DNA of 64,000 bases from Candidatus Doudnabacteria bacterium. GTDB taxonomy: Bacteria > Patescibacteriota > Doudnabacteria > UBA920. The DNA lies in the NCBI GenBank assembly GCA_016218585.1, contig JACRDK010000004.1:85347-149346 (forward strand), in the 5' to 3' direction. This document shows positions 28,419 to 38,069 of the stretch, piece after piece. The notes under the pieces were generated by a model. The model saw only the letters and a list, made by a program, of their open reading frames with translations. It ran no database searches and was not told the DNA's origin. Each line of letters begins with the position of its first letter. Within the stretch, counting starts at the first letter, position 1. The translations under genes were made by a program, and so were the position numbers.

Positions 28419-28970
28419 TTAATACACTTTTACTTTAATTATAGCCTCAATAGCTTGCTGTGGGGCGGCTTCCTTTTTTAAACGATAACCATAAAGACCA
28501 CCTTTTTCATCTTTTTCCAAAAATTCTGGATTATACATGGCAACTGCCCCTTTTTCATGGGCAGCTGCATAAGTCAGTAACGGATTTTGATCGTTATCAT
28601 AACGACTTGTTAACTCTGAATATGGGGCGCAAAAAATGATTCCATTTTTACTATAGGTTCCTGTTTGAGCAACTACTTTGGCATCAGATGCGGCAAATCC
28701 GCTATAAAGATATTTCTCTGCTTCTAGTCCTTGCTTTTTCAAATATGCAACAAACCTTTCTATTTTATCAACACTGTCATATCCTTTGGACAAATCCACG
28801 TTGCCTGTTTTTATAACTTTTTTTACTTCACTCTCCTGTTTTTCTTTTGGCTGATTAACAAGTGCGCAATCGGATGCATGTCCAGCATGGTTCGGGTAAC
28901 CGCATGATGGGCAAACAGATCCGGTTTCGTTTTGATTCATTTGATTTATATTAATTATCTCTTTGTTCAT
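28419..28970 (-). CDS. Hypothetical protein with N-terminal CxxC...H...C motif
   Basis: ORF only; CPSCGYPNHAGHASDC. Confidence 0.35.
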   Translation of the reverse strand: MNKEIININQMNQNETGSVCPSCGYPNHAGHASDCALVNQPKEKQESEVKKVIKTGNVDLSKGYDSVDKIERFVAYLKKQGLEAEKYLYSGFAASDAKVVAQTGTYSKNGIIFCAPYSELTSRYDNDQNPLLTYAAAHEKGAVAMYNPEFLEKDEKGGLYGYRLKKEAAPQQAIEAIIKVKVY

Positions 28971-29021
28971 CTACCATCCCTGCCGGCAGGCAGGTACTCA
29001 CTACTCACTACTCACAACCAT

Positions 29022-29525
29022 CTACCTTCCTACCTGATAATAGATATTCGTTCCATTTGGTCCCACGGCAGAAGCTTTTAATACTCCCTGGCCTGCGCCA
29101 ACAGTGGGCTGATTTATACTAGGCAAAGTAATTGGTTCGCTCTCATTTTCCATATTCATATATACCACACAGTGCCCGTCCGCGCTATATTTGTATTTAT
29201 AATTTGTTTTTTCCGAGCTGCCGGTTTTTGGATCAACCGGTAAAAAAGAAGCGTATTGGGCATACTGCGGATATTTAGTTGTTAGTTCAGGCACCAAGTC
29301 CGCTAAGTCATAATCCCCGGCTCCGGCATTGGGCGCGTAGCAGGAAGAAGAATATAACAAACGGCCAATCTGCGCCATATCGGTTTTTCGTTTGGCGTCG
29401 CGCGCCTTTAGCCTGGCTGGCTGTACTGCGACTATTATTATCCCGGCCAACAGGCCAATTATAGCAATTACCACCACCAGTTCAATTATAGTAAAACCTT
29501 GGCTAGTTGTTAGTTTTTTGTTCAT
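29022..29525 (-). CDS. Type IV pilin / pseudopilin (prepilin-type N-terminal cleavage/methylation domain)
   Basis: QGFTIIELVVVIAIIGLLAGIII class-III signal peptide. Confidence 0.8.
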   Translation of the reverse strand: MNKKLTTSQGFTIIELVVVIAIIGLLAGIIIVAVQPARLKARDAKRKTDMAQIGRLLYSSSCYAPNAGAGDYDLADLVPELTTKYPQYAQYASFLPVDPKTGSSEKTNYKYKYSADGHCVVYMNMENESEPITLPSINQPTVGAGQGVLKASAVGPNGTNIYYQVGR

Positions 29526-29589
29526 AGTTGTTAGTTTTTACTTGTATACCCACATCCTTGTATCCTTGTATCCTTAAATACTTACCCCC

Positions 29590-29901
29590 TTACTTCTTCC
29601 ATCGATATTTTTCCATATCCAAGCTAAAGTCTCTTTCTATTTTTATTCCTTCTTTTTCCAATAACTGTTTTTGCAAATCTTTTGTCGCTGTCCAGTTCCC
29701 CTTTATACTAATAACTCCCCCATTGTTAACAACCCGCCACCAGGGAACTTTTTCTGCTGTTGTATCGATGCTGCGCAAAATTCCGCCAACCTGCCTGGCC
29801 GCCCGAGGGCTTCCGGCGGCCGCGGCCGCCTGGCCATAACTAACTACTTTGCCTTTGGGAACTTTTTGCAAAAATTTTATTACATTTTCTTTAAAACCCA
29901 T
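29590..29901 (-). CDS. Alkyltransferase-like (ATL) protein: MGMT DNA-binding domain lacking the acceptor cysteine
   Basis: HTH SYGQAAAAAG...; PWWRVV in place of canonical PCHRVV (Trp replaces Cys, as in ATL proteins). Confidence 0.65.
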   Translation of the reverse strand: MGFKENVIKFLQKVPKGKVVSYGQAAAAAGSPRAARQVGGILRSIDTTAEKVPWWRVVNNGGVISIKGNWTATKDLQKQLLEKEGIKIERDFSLDMEKYRWKK

Positions 29902-30439
29902 AAGCCCTAAGCTCCGCTCTTAACTGTTTGTAATTTGGCGCCGCCTTTGCTACTTCCGCCCAAAATTTTCGGCTATGGTTAAATTCTTTTAAATGGCAAA
30001 CCTCATGCACTACTAAATAGTCCAGCAGTTCAGAGCGCAAATGAACAATCCGGTAATTAAAATTTAAATTCCCTTTCCTACTGCAACTGCCCCAACGGGT
30101 TTTTTGGTTCTTAATTGATATGCGTTGGTAATTAACCCCATAAAATTCCGCCCACTGTTTTACTTTGGCTTGCGCCAAACTTAAAGCCTGGTGTTTAAAC
30201 TTTTTATACTCGCCTCTCACCGCTTTGGCTTTCGGCTTAACCGGATGGGTCTTAAAGTATTCCAGCGCTCGCTTTATCCAGGACAGCTTAGCCGCAACAA
30301 ACTTTTCAGCTGCTCTAATAGCCATACCGGATGGCAGGGTTAATGTAACCGTAGAATCGCAAGCAACCGCCAAGCGCATTTTACGCGCGCGGCGGCTTAC
30401 TTTAATTTGATACGGGACAGAATTATTGTCTTTCAACAT
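29891..30439 (-). CDS. YgjP-like metal-dependent hydrolase (DUF45/M48-like, HExxH)
   Basis: VHEVCHLKEFNHSRKFW motif. Confidence 0.75.
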   Translation of the reverse strand: MLKDNNSVPYQIKVSRRARKMRLAVACDSTVTLTLPSGMAIRAAEKFVAAKLSWIKRALEYFKTHPVKPKAKAVRGEYKKFKHQALSLAQAKVKQWAEFYGVNYQRISIKNQKTRWGSCSRKGNLNFNYRIVHLRSELLDYLVVHEVCHLKEFNHSRKFWAEVAKAAPNYKQLRAELRAYGF

Positions 30440-30444
30440 TCAAA

Positions 30445-30906
30445 TTATTTAAAAATTACGGGAATTTCCAGAGCCGCGTCGTTTTGCGGCAGGCCGGATG
30501 GGTTATCTTTTTTCAAAATTAAGCTGCCGTTGTTCTTGTAACCGGGTTTAACAAATTGTAAAATGGCTTCAAAAGGCACAAAGTTTTCCGTCATCCAATC
30601 CCCGTTGGCTTTGGCAATCCCTTGGGCAATAATTTTACCGTCCCAATCGGTTAAGATTACCGGGAAGCTGGCTTCAAAAAACCACGTCCCCTTAGCCTCG
30701 CCGGTAATTGTCAGCGGGCTGGAGATTTCCTGATGCTCTTTAATATTTAAATTTCTAATATTTTCATTGGCGGCATTAACAGTATTATTTACGGACTGAT
30801 TTTCAACCTTACTCCCTTTCTTGCCGGAAAAAAGCCAAATCCCGCCGGCAACCAACAAAATTACAGAAACAAAAATTAAAGCTCTGTGTTTTGGCTGAAA
30901 AATCAT
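30445..30906 (-). CDS. Membrane-anchored Gmad2 immunoglobulin-like domain protein
   Basis: TM anchor; SPLTITGEAKGTWFFEASFPV...GDWMTENFVPF. Confidence 0.55.
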   Translation of the reverse strand: MIFQPKHRALIFVSVILLVAGGIWLFSGKKGSKVENQSVNNTVNAANENIRNLNIKEHQEISSPLTITGEAKGTWFFEASFPVILTDWDGKIIAQGIAKANGDWMTENFVPFEAILQFVKPGYKNNGSLILKKDNPSGLPQNDAALEIPVIFK

Positions 30907-30911
30907 AAAGG

Positions 30912-31523
30912 TTAAGACATTTTAATTTTACGATATCGCCACAAAAATAAACTCGCCGCAAAAATTGCTCCCAGGGTGTCGGCCAACATATCTTTTTGCG
31001 CATCCCAAATATCTCCTTGGCTGCCCAAAAAAGCAATTCCCGCGCTGCCGCCGTTAGTTATGGCGAATATCCATTCAATTAATTCATAGCCCATAGCTAC
31101 AAAGCCAATGGCAAAAACCGGAAACAAAAATAGCATGATTTTATTTTTTACCAGCTGCTTCATATATAAAAGCTCGGCAATGGCATAAGCATAAAAACCA
31201 ACGGTAAAGTGCGCCACGCGGTCGTAATGATTGCGCTCAAATCCGAACAAGTTAGTAACAAAGCCAAACGGCACGCGTTCAAAGGTATAATATCCGCCAA
31301 TAGTATGCATAAACAGCAACACGCTCATTAAAATATAGGACAGCGGAGAAAATTTAATTCCCTTGGCGTACATAACAGCTAAAGCAATGGCGATGGCGGA
31401 AATGGGAACATTTTCCGCCCACCAGTCCGCCCGGTCATAGGGATTTATGGCGCAAACAACAAACAATATTATATAGAGGACAAATAAGATTTTTGCCGTA
31501 GTGTCGGTTTTAAAAAAATTCAT
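30912..31523 (-). CDS. DUF2238 (YjdF-like) membrane protein
   Basis: HTIGGYYTFERVPFG...FGFERNHYDRVAHFTVGF. Confidence 0.7.
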   Translation of the reverse strand: MNFFKTDTTAKILFVLYIILFVVCAINPYDRADWWAENVPISAIAIALAVMYAKGIKFSPLSYILMSVLLFMHTIGGYYTFERVPFGFVTNLFGFERNHYDRVAHFTVGFYAYAIAELLYMKQLVKNKIMLFLFPVFAIGFVAMGYELIEWIFAITNGGSAGIAFLGSQGDIWDAQKDMLADTLGAIFAASLFLWRYRKIKMS

Positions 31524-31738
31524 ATTTTTTCTTCGGCTGTGTAGCCGACTGTTTTAATTATGCCTTTTATTTTTTCCAGGCTTATTTTGCTTTCATCAAA
31601 CTCCACCGAGATTTGGGCTTTAGCATAGCTAGTGTCCGCCTTAATAACTCCGTCCGTGTCTTCCAACTCCCCGTCTATATTCATAGAACAGGAAGAACAG
31701 TGCATGCCATTTATTTTTAAAATTACTGTCTGTATCAT
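31520..31738 (-). CDS. copZ: Copper chaperone CopZ (HMA domain)
   Basis: GMHCSSCSMNI MxCxxC motif, 72 aa ferredoxin-like. Confidence 0.85.
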   Translation of the reverse strand: MIQTVILKINGMHCSSCSMNIDGELEDTDGVIKADTSYAKAQISVEFDESKISLEKIKGIIKTVGYTAEEKI

Positions 31739-31900
31739 AGCAATTCTTAGTAAAACGTTTTTATAAAAAATAAAGCTTGTAAATTTCTAATTACTAATTA
31801 TTCTAATTTCTAAACAAACCCTAATTCCTAATATCCAATAAAATAAAGGCGAATTAGACATTTAATCATTGGAGATTATTTAGATTAATTAGAAATTAGG

Positions 31901-32932
31901 TTAATTAACATTAATTGTCCCTCTATACATTCCCATACTGCACATAAAGGCAATTTGAGTTGGTTTGCTTGGGCTATGAAAAGTTACCTCGCCGCTGCTG
32001 CCCAGCGGAACAACTTTTTGTACCCCCAATGAAGGGATGGTGAAATCCTGAACGCAGCTGGAACCGCCTTGATTCACTAATTTTATTTTTATATCTGAAT
32101 CTTTTGGCACGGAAAAACTGTTTGGGCTATAACCGGAAGCGCCTATGGTAAGAGTAATGTTTGAATTAGTTTCCCCAACCGCGGTTTGGTTGCCGCTTGG
32201 GCAATAGGCAATGGCGCAAAAAGCTCTGCTTCCAATATCCGTAAGGCTAATTGGCTTGCCGGTTAGCGCCAGCGCGTTATTTAAATTAAACAAAGACAAC
32301 AATATTATGGCAAAAGCGGCGGCGCGAAAAAACTTTTTATGCCAAAAGTCTCCCAAACGAGTGGCAAAATATCCGAGCAAAAAAAAGATCGGGCTGGTTC
32401 CCAAAACAAACGCATACATTATCCCCGCTCCCCTAATAGCGCTGCCGCTGGCTATTGCCAAAGCCATCATGGCCTGGGTTGTACCGCACGGAATGAACAC
32501 CGTAAAAGCCCCCAAAATTGCCGGCGCAAAAATATCTTTACTCTTTGACTGTTTTCTAACCAACCGAGTTAAAAACTTTGGCGGCTGAATTATGAAATAG
32601 CGGAAAAACGGGTGCACGTCTAACAAAGCCATAGCGGTGCCAAACATAAAAATCACCACGGCAAATTGCATAACCAATTTTACAGTGAGCGATAAAGCGA
32701 ACAACGAACCAAACCAGCCAAGAAGCAAGCCTAAAATTGTATAAGCCACAAGCTTCGCCAGCAAAAACCACAAAATTGGCGCAGCTGTTCCTTTTTGCGC
32801 TTCACCCTTTAGCCGCTCCTCTTCCCGCTGAGCAATGGTTGAAGCAAGCAGCCCGCCCTGTACGGCAAGGCAAGTAAGCCCTCCGGTTAGCAGGCCTGTT
32901 AAAAATATTGCGATAAAGGACGTATTTTGCAT
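31901..32932 (-). CDS. Membrane protein: DsbD_2/CcdA-like transmembrane domain fused to a C-terminal cupredoxin-like domain
   Basis: N-terminal FLTGLLTGGLTCLAVQGG; 6-7 TM; C-terminal beta domain with CxxxC...C...M (CAIAYCP, SSCVQDF, FMCSMGMY). Confidence 0.5.
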   Translation of the reverse strand: MQNTSFIAIFLTGLLTGGLTCLAVQGGLLASTIAQREEERLKGEAQKGTAAPILWFLLAKLVAYTILGLLLGWFGSLFALSLTVKLVMQFAVVIFMFGTAMALLDVHPFFRYFIIQPPKFLTRLVRKQSKSKDIFAPAILGAFTVFIPCGTTQAMMALAIASGSAIRGAGIMYAFVLGTSPIFFLLGYFATRLGDFWHKKFFRAAAFAIILLSLFNLNNALALTGKPISLTDIGSRAFCAIAYCPSGNQTAVGETNSNITLTIGASGYSPNSFSVPKDSDIKIKLVNQGGSSCVQDFTIPSLGVQKVVPLGSSGEVTFHSPSKPTQIAFMCSMGMYRGTINVN

Positions 32933-32946
32933 TTAACTAATTTAAA

Positions 32947-33417
32947 TTATTTTTGTTTAATTTTTTTATATAACATGGCAATGGTTAGCAACAGCGCCAC
33001 CCAAACTAAGACAACCGTAATAACGCACATTAACGAATACCAAACAAACTGATGACCATAACCTGACATCATGCCAAACGGAGCAGCCGACATCATGTTA
33101 AAACCATATTGCTGATTTCTTAGCGCCGGGACAGACGAGGTAAAAGTCATTACCGGGTAACTGGGTTTAATTAATCCATACATGTCTTTTTGTTCGTCGG
33201 AAGTCAACTGGCCATTTTGCAATTTTTCCATATAGCCCTCTATTTTTTGAGCATTAGCATCCTGGCTTATTGTTACCGCTCCGCTGCCCGATTGTACTCT
33301 GGTCGTATTCATCATGCCATAACCCGGAACCAGAGCCGCCGCCATTGTGGCCCCTGCCGGCAATAAAATAGCTGCCGCTAAAACTAATCCTAAGAAACTT
33401 TGTTTTTTGGTTGTCAT
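32947..33417 (-). CDS. Met-rich membrane-anchored protein, possible copper-binding accessory protein
   Basis: Signal/anchor plus MMNTT, FNMMSAAPFGMMSGYGH Met motifs, C-terminal TM. Confidence 0.4.
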   Translation of the reverse strand: MTTKKQSFLGLVLAAAILLPAGATMAAALVPGYGMMNTTRVQSGSGAVTISQDANAQKIEGYMEKLQNGQLTSDEQKDMYGLIKPSYPVMTFTSSVPALRNQQYGFNMMSAAPFGMMSGYGHQFVWYSLMCVITVVLVWVALLLTIAMLYKKIKQK

Positions 33418-33491
33418 ATTTTTCTTTTTAATTGTGTTTGTTCTTAATTTACTTATTATCCTTACATACTTATGTCCCTATATACTTACAA

Positions 33492-35795
33492 TTATATTTT
33501 AACACGTTTTAAACGTAGTGAGTTAACCACCACGGAAACAGAAGAAAGAGCCATGGCCAGCCCCGCAAACATTGGGTTTAAGTGCCAACCGAACAACGGA
33601 TAAAACAAACCAGCGGACAGCGGAATGCCAACGACATTGTACGCAAAAGCCCAAAATAAATTTTGTTTAATGGTGCTTAAAGTTTTTTGCGACAAGCGGA
33701 TTGCCCCCAAAATTTTCGTTATATCCCCTTTAAGCAAAGTAATATCCGCCGACTCAATGGCAATGTCGGTGCCGGTTGCCATAGCAATGCCAATATTGCT
33801 TTGAGCCAAAGCCGGCGCGTCATTTATGCCGTCTCCGGCCATTGCCACAACCAAGCCCTGCGCCTGGAGCTGTTTTATTTTTATTGCTTTATCCTGCGGC
33901 AGCGCCCCGGCTAAAACTTCATCTATGCCGATTTGCCTGGCAGCATACTCAGCCGTCTGCTTGTTGTCGCCGGTTAGCATAATTACTTTAATATTTAATT
34001 TATGCAACTGCCTCACTGTTTCTTTGGCCACTTCTTTAATTTTATCGGCAATAATAATTATCCCTAAAACCGCGTGCTCATCCATAACCAAAACCGGAGT
34101 CTTCCCCTGGCCGGTAAATTCGCTGAGTTGATTATTATCAAAATTTAATTTCAAATCTTCCGCTAATTTCGGGCTGCCGACAAAATATTTTTTACCACTA
34201 ATTATCCCTTTCACTCCCCGCCCCTCCAAATTTTCAAAGTCTGTTACTGGTGATAATTTTATATTTTCTTCTTTAGCTTTATTTGCCACGGCATCCGCCA
34301 ATGGGTGCTCAGATTTATTTTCCAGCGACCCTGCAATCTGCAGTAAACTTGCTACTTGATGCTTGCTACTTGATACTTTGATATCAGCGACGGTCGGCTT
34401 CCCTTCCGTTAAGGTTCCGGTTTTGTCCACGACCAATACATTTATGCTTCTAAGCTTTTCCATTGCTTCCGCATTCTTTACTAAAATTCCGTTTTGCGCC
34501 CCTTTGCCAACGCCAACTATTATGGCGGTGGGAGTAGCCAGGCCCAAGGCGCATGGACAGGCAATTACCAAAATACTGACGAAAGACAATATTCCTAACG
34601 ACACGTTTTGGCCAACCAGCAACCATAGCAATAAAGACAACAGCGCAATACCTAAAACTACCGGCACAAAAATTGCGGAAATTTTATCCGCCAACTTTTG
34701 GATTGGCGCTTTAGACCCTTGCGCTTCCCCCACCATTTTTATAATGTGGGCCAGCAGCGTTTCGCCACCGACTTTGGTTGCGCGAAAAATAAAGCTTCCC
34801 TGCTTATTCAGCGTTCCGCCTATTACTTCATCTCCCGCCTGCTTGGTTGCGGGCATGGCTTCCCCGGTAACCATTGCTTCATCTATAGAAGATTTACCTT
34901 CTATAATTACTCCGTCTACCGGCAACTTTGCGCCCGGCTTCACAATTATCAAATCGCCAATTTTAACCTGCTCAACGGAAATTTCTTTTTCTCCTTCAGG
35001 CAATTTTATTATGGCGGTCTTAGCCTGGAGATTCATTAATTTTTCCAAAGCCTGCCCGGTTTTAATTTTGCTTCTTATTTCCAAATATTTTCCTAAGGTA
35101 ATAAAACTCACCACCACAATGGTCACGTCAAAATATGTTTCTCCGGGTAAATTTAAAGTCTTAACCAGATTGGGAAACAACACCACTGCGGCGCTATATG
35201 CATAGGCCGACAGCGTGCCTAAACCTACCAAAGTATCCATATTGGCAGCGCCAAAGCGAACAAAATTCCACAAGCCTTTTAAAAATGGCCGCCCAATCCA
35301 AAATAAAATAATTGTAGCTAAAACTAATAAAATTTTAGAATATACTTCGCCCATTAAAAAGAAACCCGGCAAACCGCTAAAGCCCGCAGCCACAACGTCC
35401 CAGAGCATTGCCAAAAACACTAAACCCGCTACGGGCAAAGCAAAATATAATTTGTGCTTATAACTATTTAGCTCTTTTAGTTTTTCTTCCTTGCTTTGAT
35501 TCAAACCCAAATGCTGGCTGTGATCCATACCGCTCATTACGCTGCCGTCCGGCATAACGTGGCTGCTTGGGTGCGAGGGTTCTTGTTCAAGTAAAAATTT
35601 ATACCCCAACGGTTCAATCTTCTCGGACAAATCCTGCAGGCTCGCCTGTTTTGGATCATATTCCACTTCGGCCGTTTCGGTGCCGTAGTTTACTTCCGCT
35701 CCGGCAACCCCAATCGTTTTTTTTAGAGTTCGCTGAATAACATTAGCGCAAGAAGCGCAATGCATTCCGGCAATTGGAATTTTAACTTTTTTCAT
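33492..35795 (-). CDS. copA: Copper-translocating P1B-type ATPase
   Basis: N-terminal HMA GMHCASCAN; CPC in TM6; DKTGTLT; GDGINDAPAL; HP motif. Confidence 0.9.
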   Translation of the reverse strand: MKKVKIPIAGMHCASCANVIQRTLKKTIGVAGAEVNYGTETAEVEYDPKQASLQDLSEKIEPLGYKFLLEQEPSHPSSHVMPDGSVMSGMDHSQHLGLNQSKEEKLKELNSYKHKLYFALPVAGLVFLAMLWDVVAAGFSGLPGFFLMGEVYSKILLVLATIILFWIGRPFLKGLWNFVRFGAANMDTLVGLGTLSAYAYSAAVVLFPNLVKTLNLPGETYFDVTIVVVSFITLGKYLEIRSKIKTGQALEKLMNLQAKTAIIKLPEGEKEISVEQVKIGDLIIVKPGAKLPVDGVIIEGKSSIDEAMVTGEAMPATKQAGDEVIGGTLNKQGSFIFRATKVGGETLLAHIIKMVGEAQGSKAPIQKLADKISAIFVPVVLGIALLSLLLWLLVGQNVSLGILSFVSILVIACPCALGLATPTAIIVGVGKGAQNGILVKNAEAMEKLRSINVLVVDKTGTLTEGKPTVADIKVSSSKHQVASLLQIAGSLENKSEHPLADAVANKAKEENIKLSPVTDFENLEGRGVKGIISGKKYFVGSPKLAEDLKLNFDNNQLSEFTGQGKTPVLVMDEHAVLGIIIIADKIKEVAKETVRQLHKLNIKVIMLTGDNKQTAEYAARQIGIDEVLAGALPQDKAIKIKQLQAQGLVVAMAGDGINDAPALAQSNIGIAMATGTDIAIESADITLLKGDITKILGAIRLSQKTLSTIKQNLFWAFAYNVVGIPLSAGLFYPLFGWHLNPMFAGLAMALSSVSVVVNSLRLKRVKI

Positions 35796-35796
35796 A

Positions 35797-36063
35797 TTAT
35801 TTGTTTTTTAGCTTGTAAATTTTTACCATTTCTTTTACGGCCTTCTGGCTTTGGCCGTGGGTAAACTGATGTGGGACGTGTTCGGTTAAGTGATTTTCCA
35901 ACAAATCCGCATTAAAGCTCTGCAAGGACTTCTCCACAGCCAGGCTCTGCGTTATTATGTCCACACAATATTTGTCGGCTTCTACCATTTTTTCTATGCC
36001 CACCACCTGCCCGGCAATGCGGTGCAAATGGCTTATTAACTTCTTTTTATACTTTTCTTGCAT
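35797..36063 (-). CDS. csoR: CsoR family copper-sensing repressor
   Basis: HRIAGQVVGIEKMVEADKYCVDIITQ... with the conserved Cys/His copper ligands. Confidence 0.85.
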   Translation of the reverse strand: MQEKYKKKLISHLHRIAGQVVGIEKMVEADKYCVDIITQSLAVEKSLQSFNADLLENHLTEHVPHQFTHGQSQKAVKEMVKIYKLKNK

Positions 36064-36102
36064 AAATCTTATATCTTAATTCATAAATCTTAAATTTACT
36101 AT

Positions 36103-36118
36103 ATACCCCCCTAGGGTA
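36103..36118. promoter_or_regulatory. Candidate CsoR operator
   Basis: ATACCCCCTAGGGTAT pseudo-palindrome about 40 bp upstream of the csoR start, resembling CsoR boxes (TACCC-N-GGGTA). Confidence 0.5.
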
Positions 36119-36438
36119 TGTTGTCAACTAACAATTAAAATATGTGGTTACTAAAAGCATACTAATATTGTTTTGATGTTAACATGATAAAATGCTAAAA
36201 TATCCATATGAACCCCGTAAAAAATTCCATTCTACGGGGAATAATAAAGGTTACTCGGAGTTTAAACTTACGAGGTATTGTACCCAAGGAGCAGACTGCT
36301 TTTCGCAGCTTAAGCTCGCGAGGTATTGAACCTGTATTACTTCCTCGGCTCGCTTGCCTTGCAAGCAAGGCAGCTCGCTCTACGTCGCTAATAAACAGCA
36401 TTTTTACAAGTCCATGAATGTTTTAAAACAGAAAAAAT

Positions 36439-37266
36439 ATGTCAATTTCTAACGGGGTGAATGACCCAATTATTTGTTTTGGCCAACAACCCTGCGGTTT
36501 TTTCCCCAAACGCTACTTAGTGGGAAAAATTAATGCTGCCCGGGCTTTGCAAAAAGACATCGGCGGCAAGATAGTCTTTTTTTATCATGATTCAGATGCC
36601 GACTATAGGGAAACAATTACCGTAATGAAAGATCTGCAAACAGATGCGGAGGTCCGTTTAAATTTTATCCAGGAAAACAAACTGCAAAAAAAATTCTCGC
36701 CGCTTTACTTAAAAAGGATTCCGGCCGGATGGAAAGAAGAAATCTTAAAACAACTGCCCCGCTTTTTACCGCCAGCTCCACCTTATGAGGTTAACGGCAA
36801 ACCGGCAGACAGCCTAAAAGATATTTTTGAGCGAGTAAACGAAAAAACGGTAGCAGATTTTTGCCTGGAGATGTATAGAAAAATGCATTTGCTGGATGGC
36901 ATGGAAATAGTTCGCTCATCGGACAAAGATTTTAGGCTCGCCACCCCCGACATAAAGGGTGAATATTTTGCCGATCTCCCCTACCAGGGAGAAATTGTCC
37001 GCGCCAAGATTGAAAACAACAAAGCGGCGCTGCATGAAGGCGGCGGCAAATACACTTACTTTGATTTGCCGGAGAAAATTGAAAAGTGGCAAATCAACCC
37101 GGGAAAAGACGAAAGGTTTGCCTGGATGAATTCGGTTATTCATTGCACTCACTACATTGCCGGCAACTCGGAATACGAATATATTAAGCGTGAGCAATTC
37201 CCGGAAGTAAAATTTATGAAGCGTGAACAAATTGACCAGCCGGAAATGGCCTGGCTATCTAACTAA
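36439..37266 (+). CDS. Short BshC-like protein (bacillithiol cysteine-adding enzyme family, N-terminal Rossmann-like core only)
   Basis: ICFGQQPCGFFPKRYLVGKINAARAL aligns by eye to the BshC GGQQAGLLTGPLYTIHK motif; KIVFFYHDSDADYRE aligns to the PIFWVAGEDHDLDE block; 275 aa against about 540 for BshC. Confidence 0.45.
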   Translation: MSISNGVNDPIICFGQQPCGFFPKRYLVGKINAARALQKDIGGKIVFFYHDSDADYRETITVMKDLQTDAEVRLNFIQENKLQKKFSPLYLKRIPAGWKEEILKQLPRFLPPAPPYEVNGKPADSLKDIFERVNEKTVADFCLEMYRKMHLLDGMEIVRSSDKDFRLATPDIKGEYFADLPYQGEIVRAKIENNKAALHEGGGKYTYFDLPEKIEKWQINPGKDERFAWMNSVIHCTHYIAGNSEYEYIKREQFPEVKFMKREQIDQPEMAWLSN

Positions 37267-37280
37267 TTAATACCCTATTA

Positions 37281-38015
37281 ATGAAAACCACTATGTCCGC
37301 CAAAGGCGGATCCGCCTTTGGCGGAAGAATACTTGCAATTGGTGCCCACCCGGACGACTTGGAATTTGGCTGCGGCAGTTTGCTGGCCAAAGAAGCCTCT
37401 GCGGGCTCGCAAATAAAACTTTTAGTTCTGTCTAAAGGAGAGGCTGGAACCGCCGGCACGCCCGAAAGCCGCGCCGAAGAATCCCGGGCAGCCGCCAAAT
37501 TAATTGGCGCGGAAATTGAATTTCTGGAAATGGGCGGCGACTGTCATATAAAAAATACAGCCGAGAATGCTTTTGTTATTGCCAAGTACATTCGCGAATT
37601 TAAACCCGATGTCATTTTAGCGCCGCACACGGACGAGAACCAACACCCGGACCACGCGGAAGCCGGAAAAATGGCCCGCGATGCCGCCCGTTTTGCGCGC
37701 TATGGGGGTTTGGCCGAATTAAAAGGCTTAGCTACCCATAAAATTACCGCGCTCTATTATTACCCTGTTACTCAGGATTTTGCCGCTCCGGTTGATTTGG
37801 TGGTTGATACCACCGAAGTTTATGATACCTGGGTAAAAATGATAAATTGCCATAATACCCAGCTGCAAAATAAAGATTATGAGAGCCTGGTTACCGCCCG
37901 CGCCAAGGCGCTTGGCGTAGCCATTGGCACTAAGTCCGCACAAGGGTTATGGAAAAATGACCCTATCAGGCTAAATAATTTATCCGATCTTAACCTGTCA
38001 TCCAGAAATTATTAG
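37281..38015 (+). CDS. PIG-L/LmbE family N-acetylglucosaminyl deacetylase (BshB/MshB-like)
   Basis: ILAIGAHPDDLEFGCGSLLAK, HTDENQHPDH zinc-binding motifs. Confidence 0.8.
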   Translation: MKTTMSAKGGSAFGGRILAIGAHPDDLEFGCGSLLAKEASAGSQIKLLVLSKGEAGTAGTPESRAEESRAAAKLIGAEIEFLEMGGDCHIKNTAENAFVIAKYIREFKPDVILAPHTDENQHPDHAEAGKMARDAARFARYGGLAELKGLATHKITALYYYPVTQDFAAPVDLVVDTTEVYDTWVKMINCHNTQLQNKDYESLVTARAKALGVAIGTKSAQGLWKNDPIRLNNLSDLNLSSRNY

Positions 38016-38069
38016 AAAGAATCGGTATTATCCGTATCATTAGTATTAATCCCTATATCGGCATCATAT

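Noticed and set aside
34363-35205. 280-aa plus-strand ORF and other long ORFs antisense to copA (also those inside the Ca-ATPase at 45347..45850 and 46143..46628)
   Set aside because: Antisense frames of high-information P-type ATPase genes; low-complexity Ser/Thr/Pro-rich products with no start or RBS context.
36195-36417. Two overlapping 68-69-aa ORFs in the csoR/bshC-like intergenic region
   Set aside because: The region is dominated by repeats and palindromes (CGAGGTATTG boxes, GCTTGCCTTGCAAGCAAGGCAGC) typical of a regulatory/structured RNA leader; no RBS or coding periodicity.
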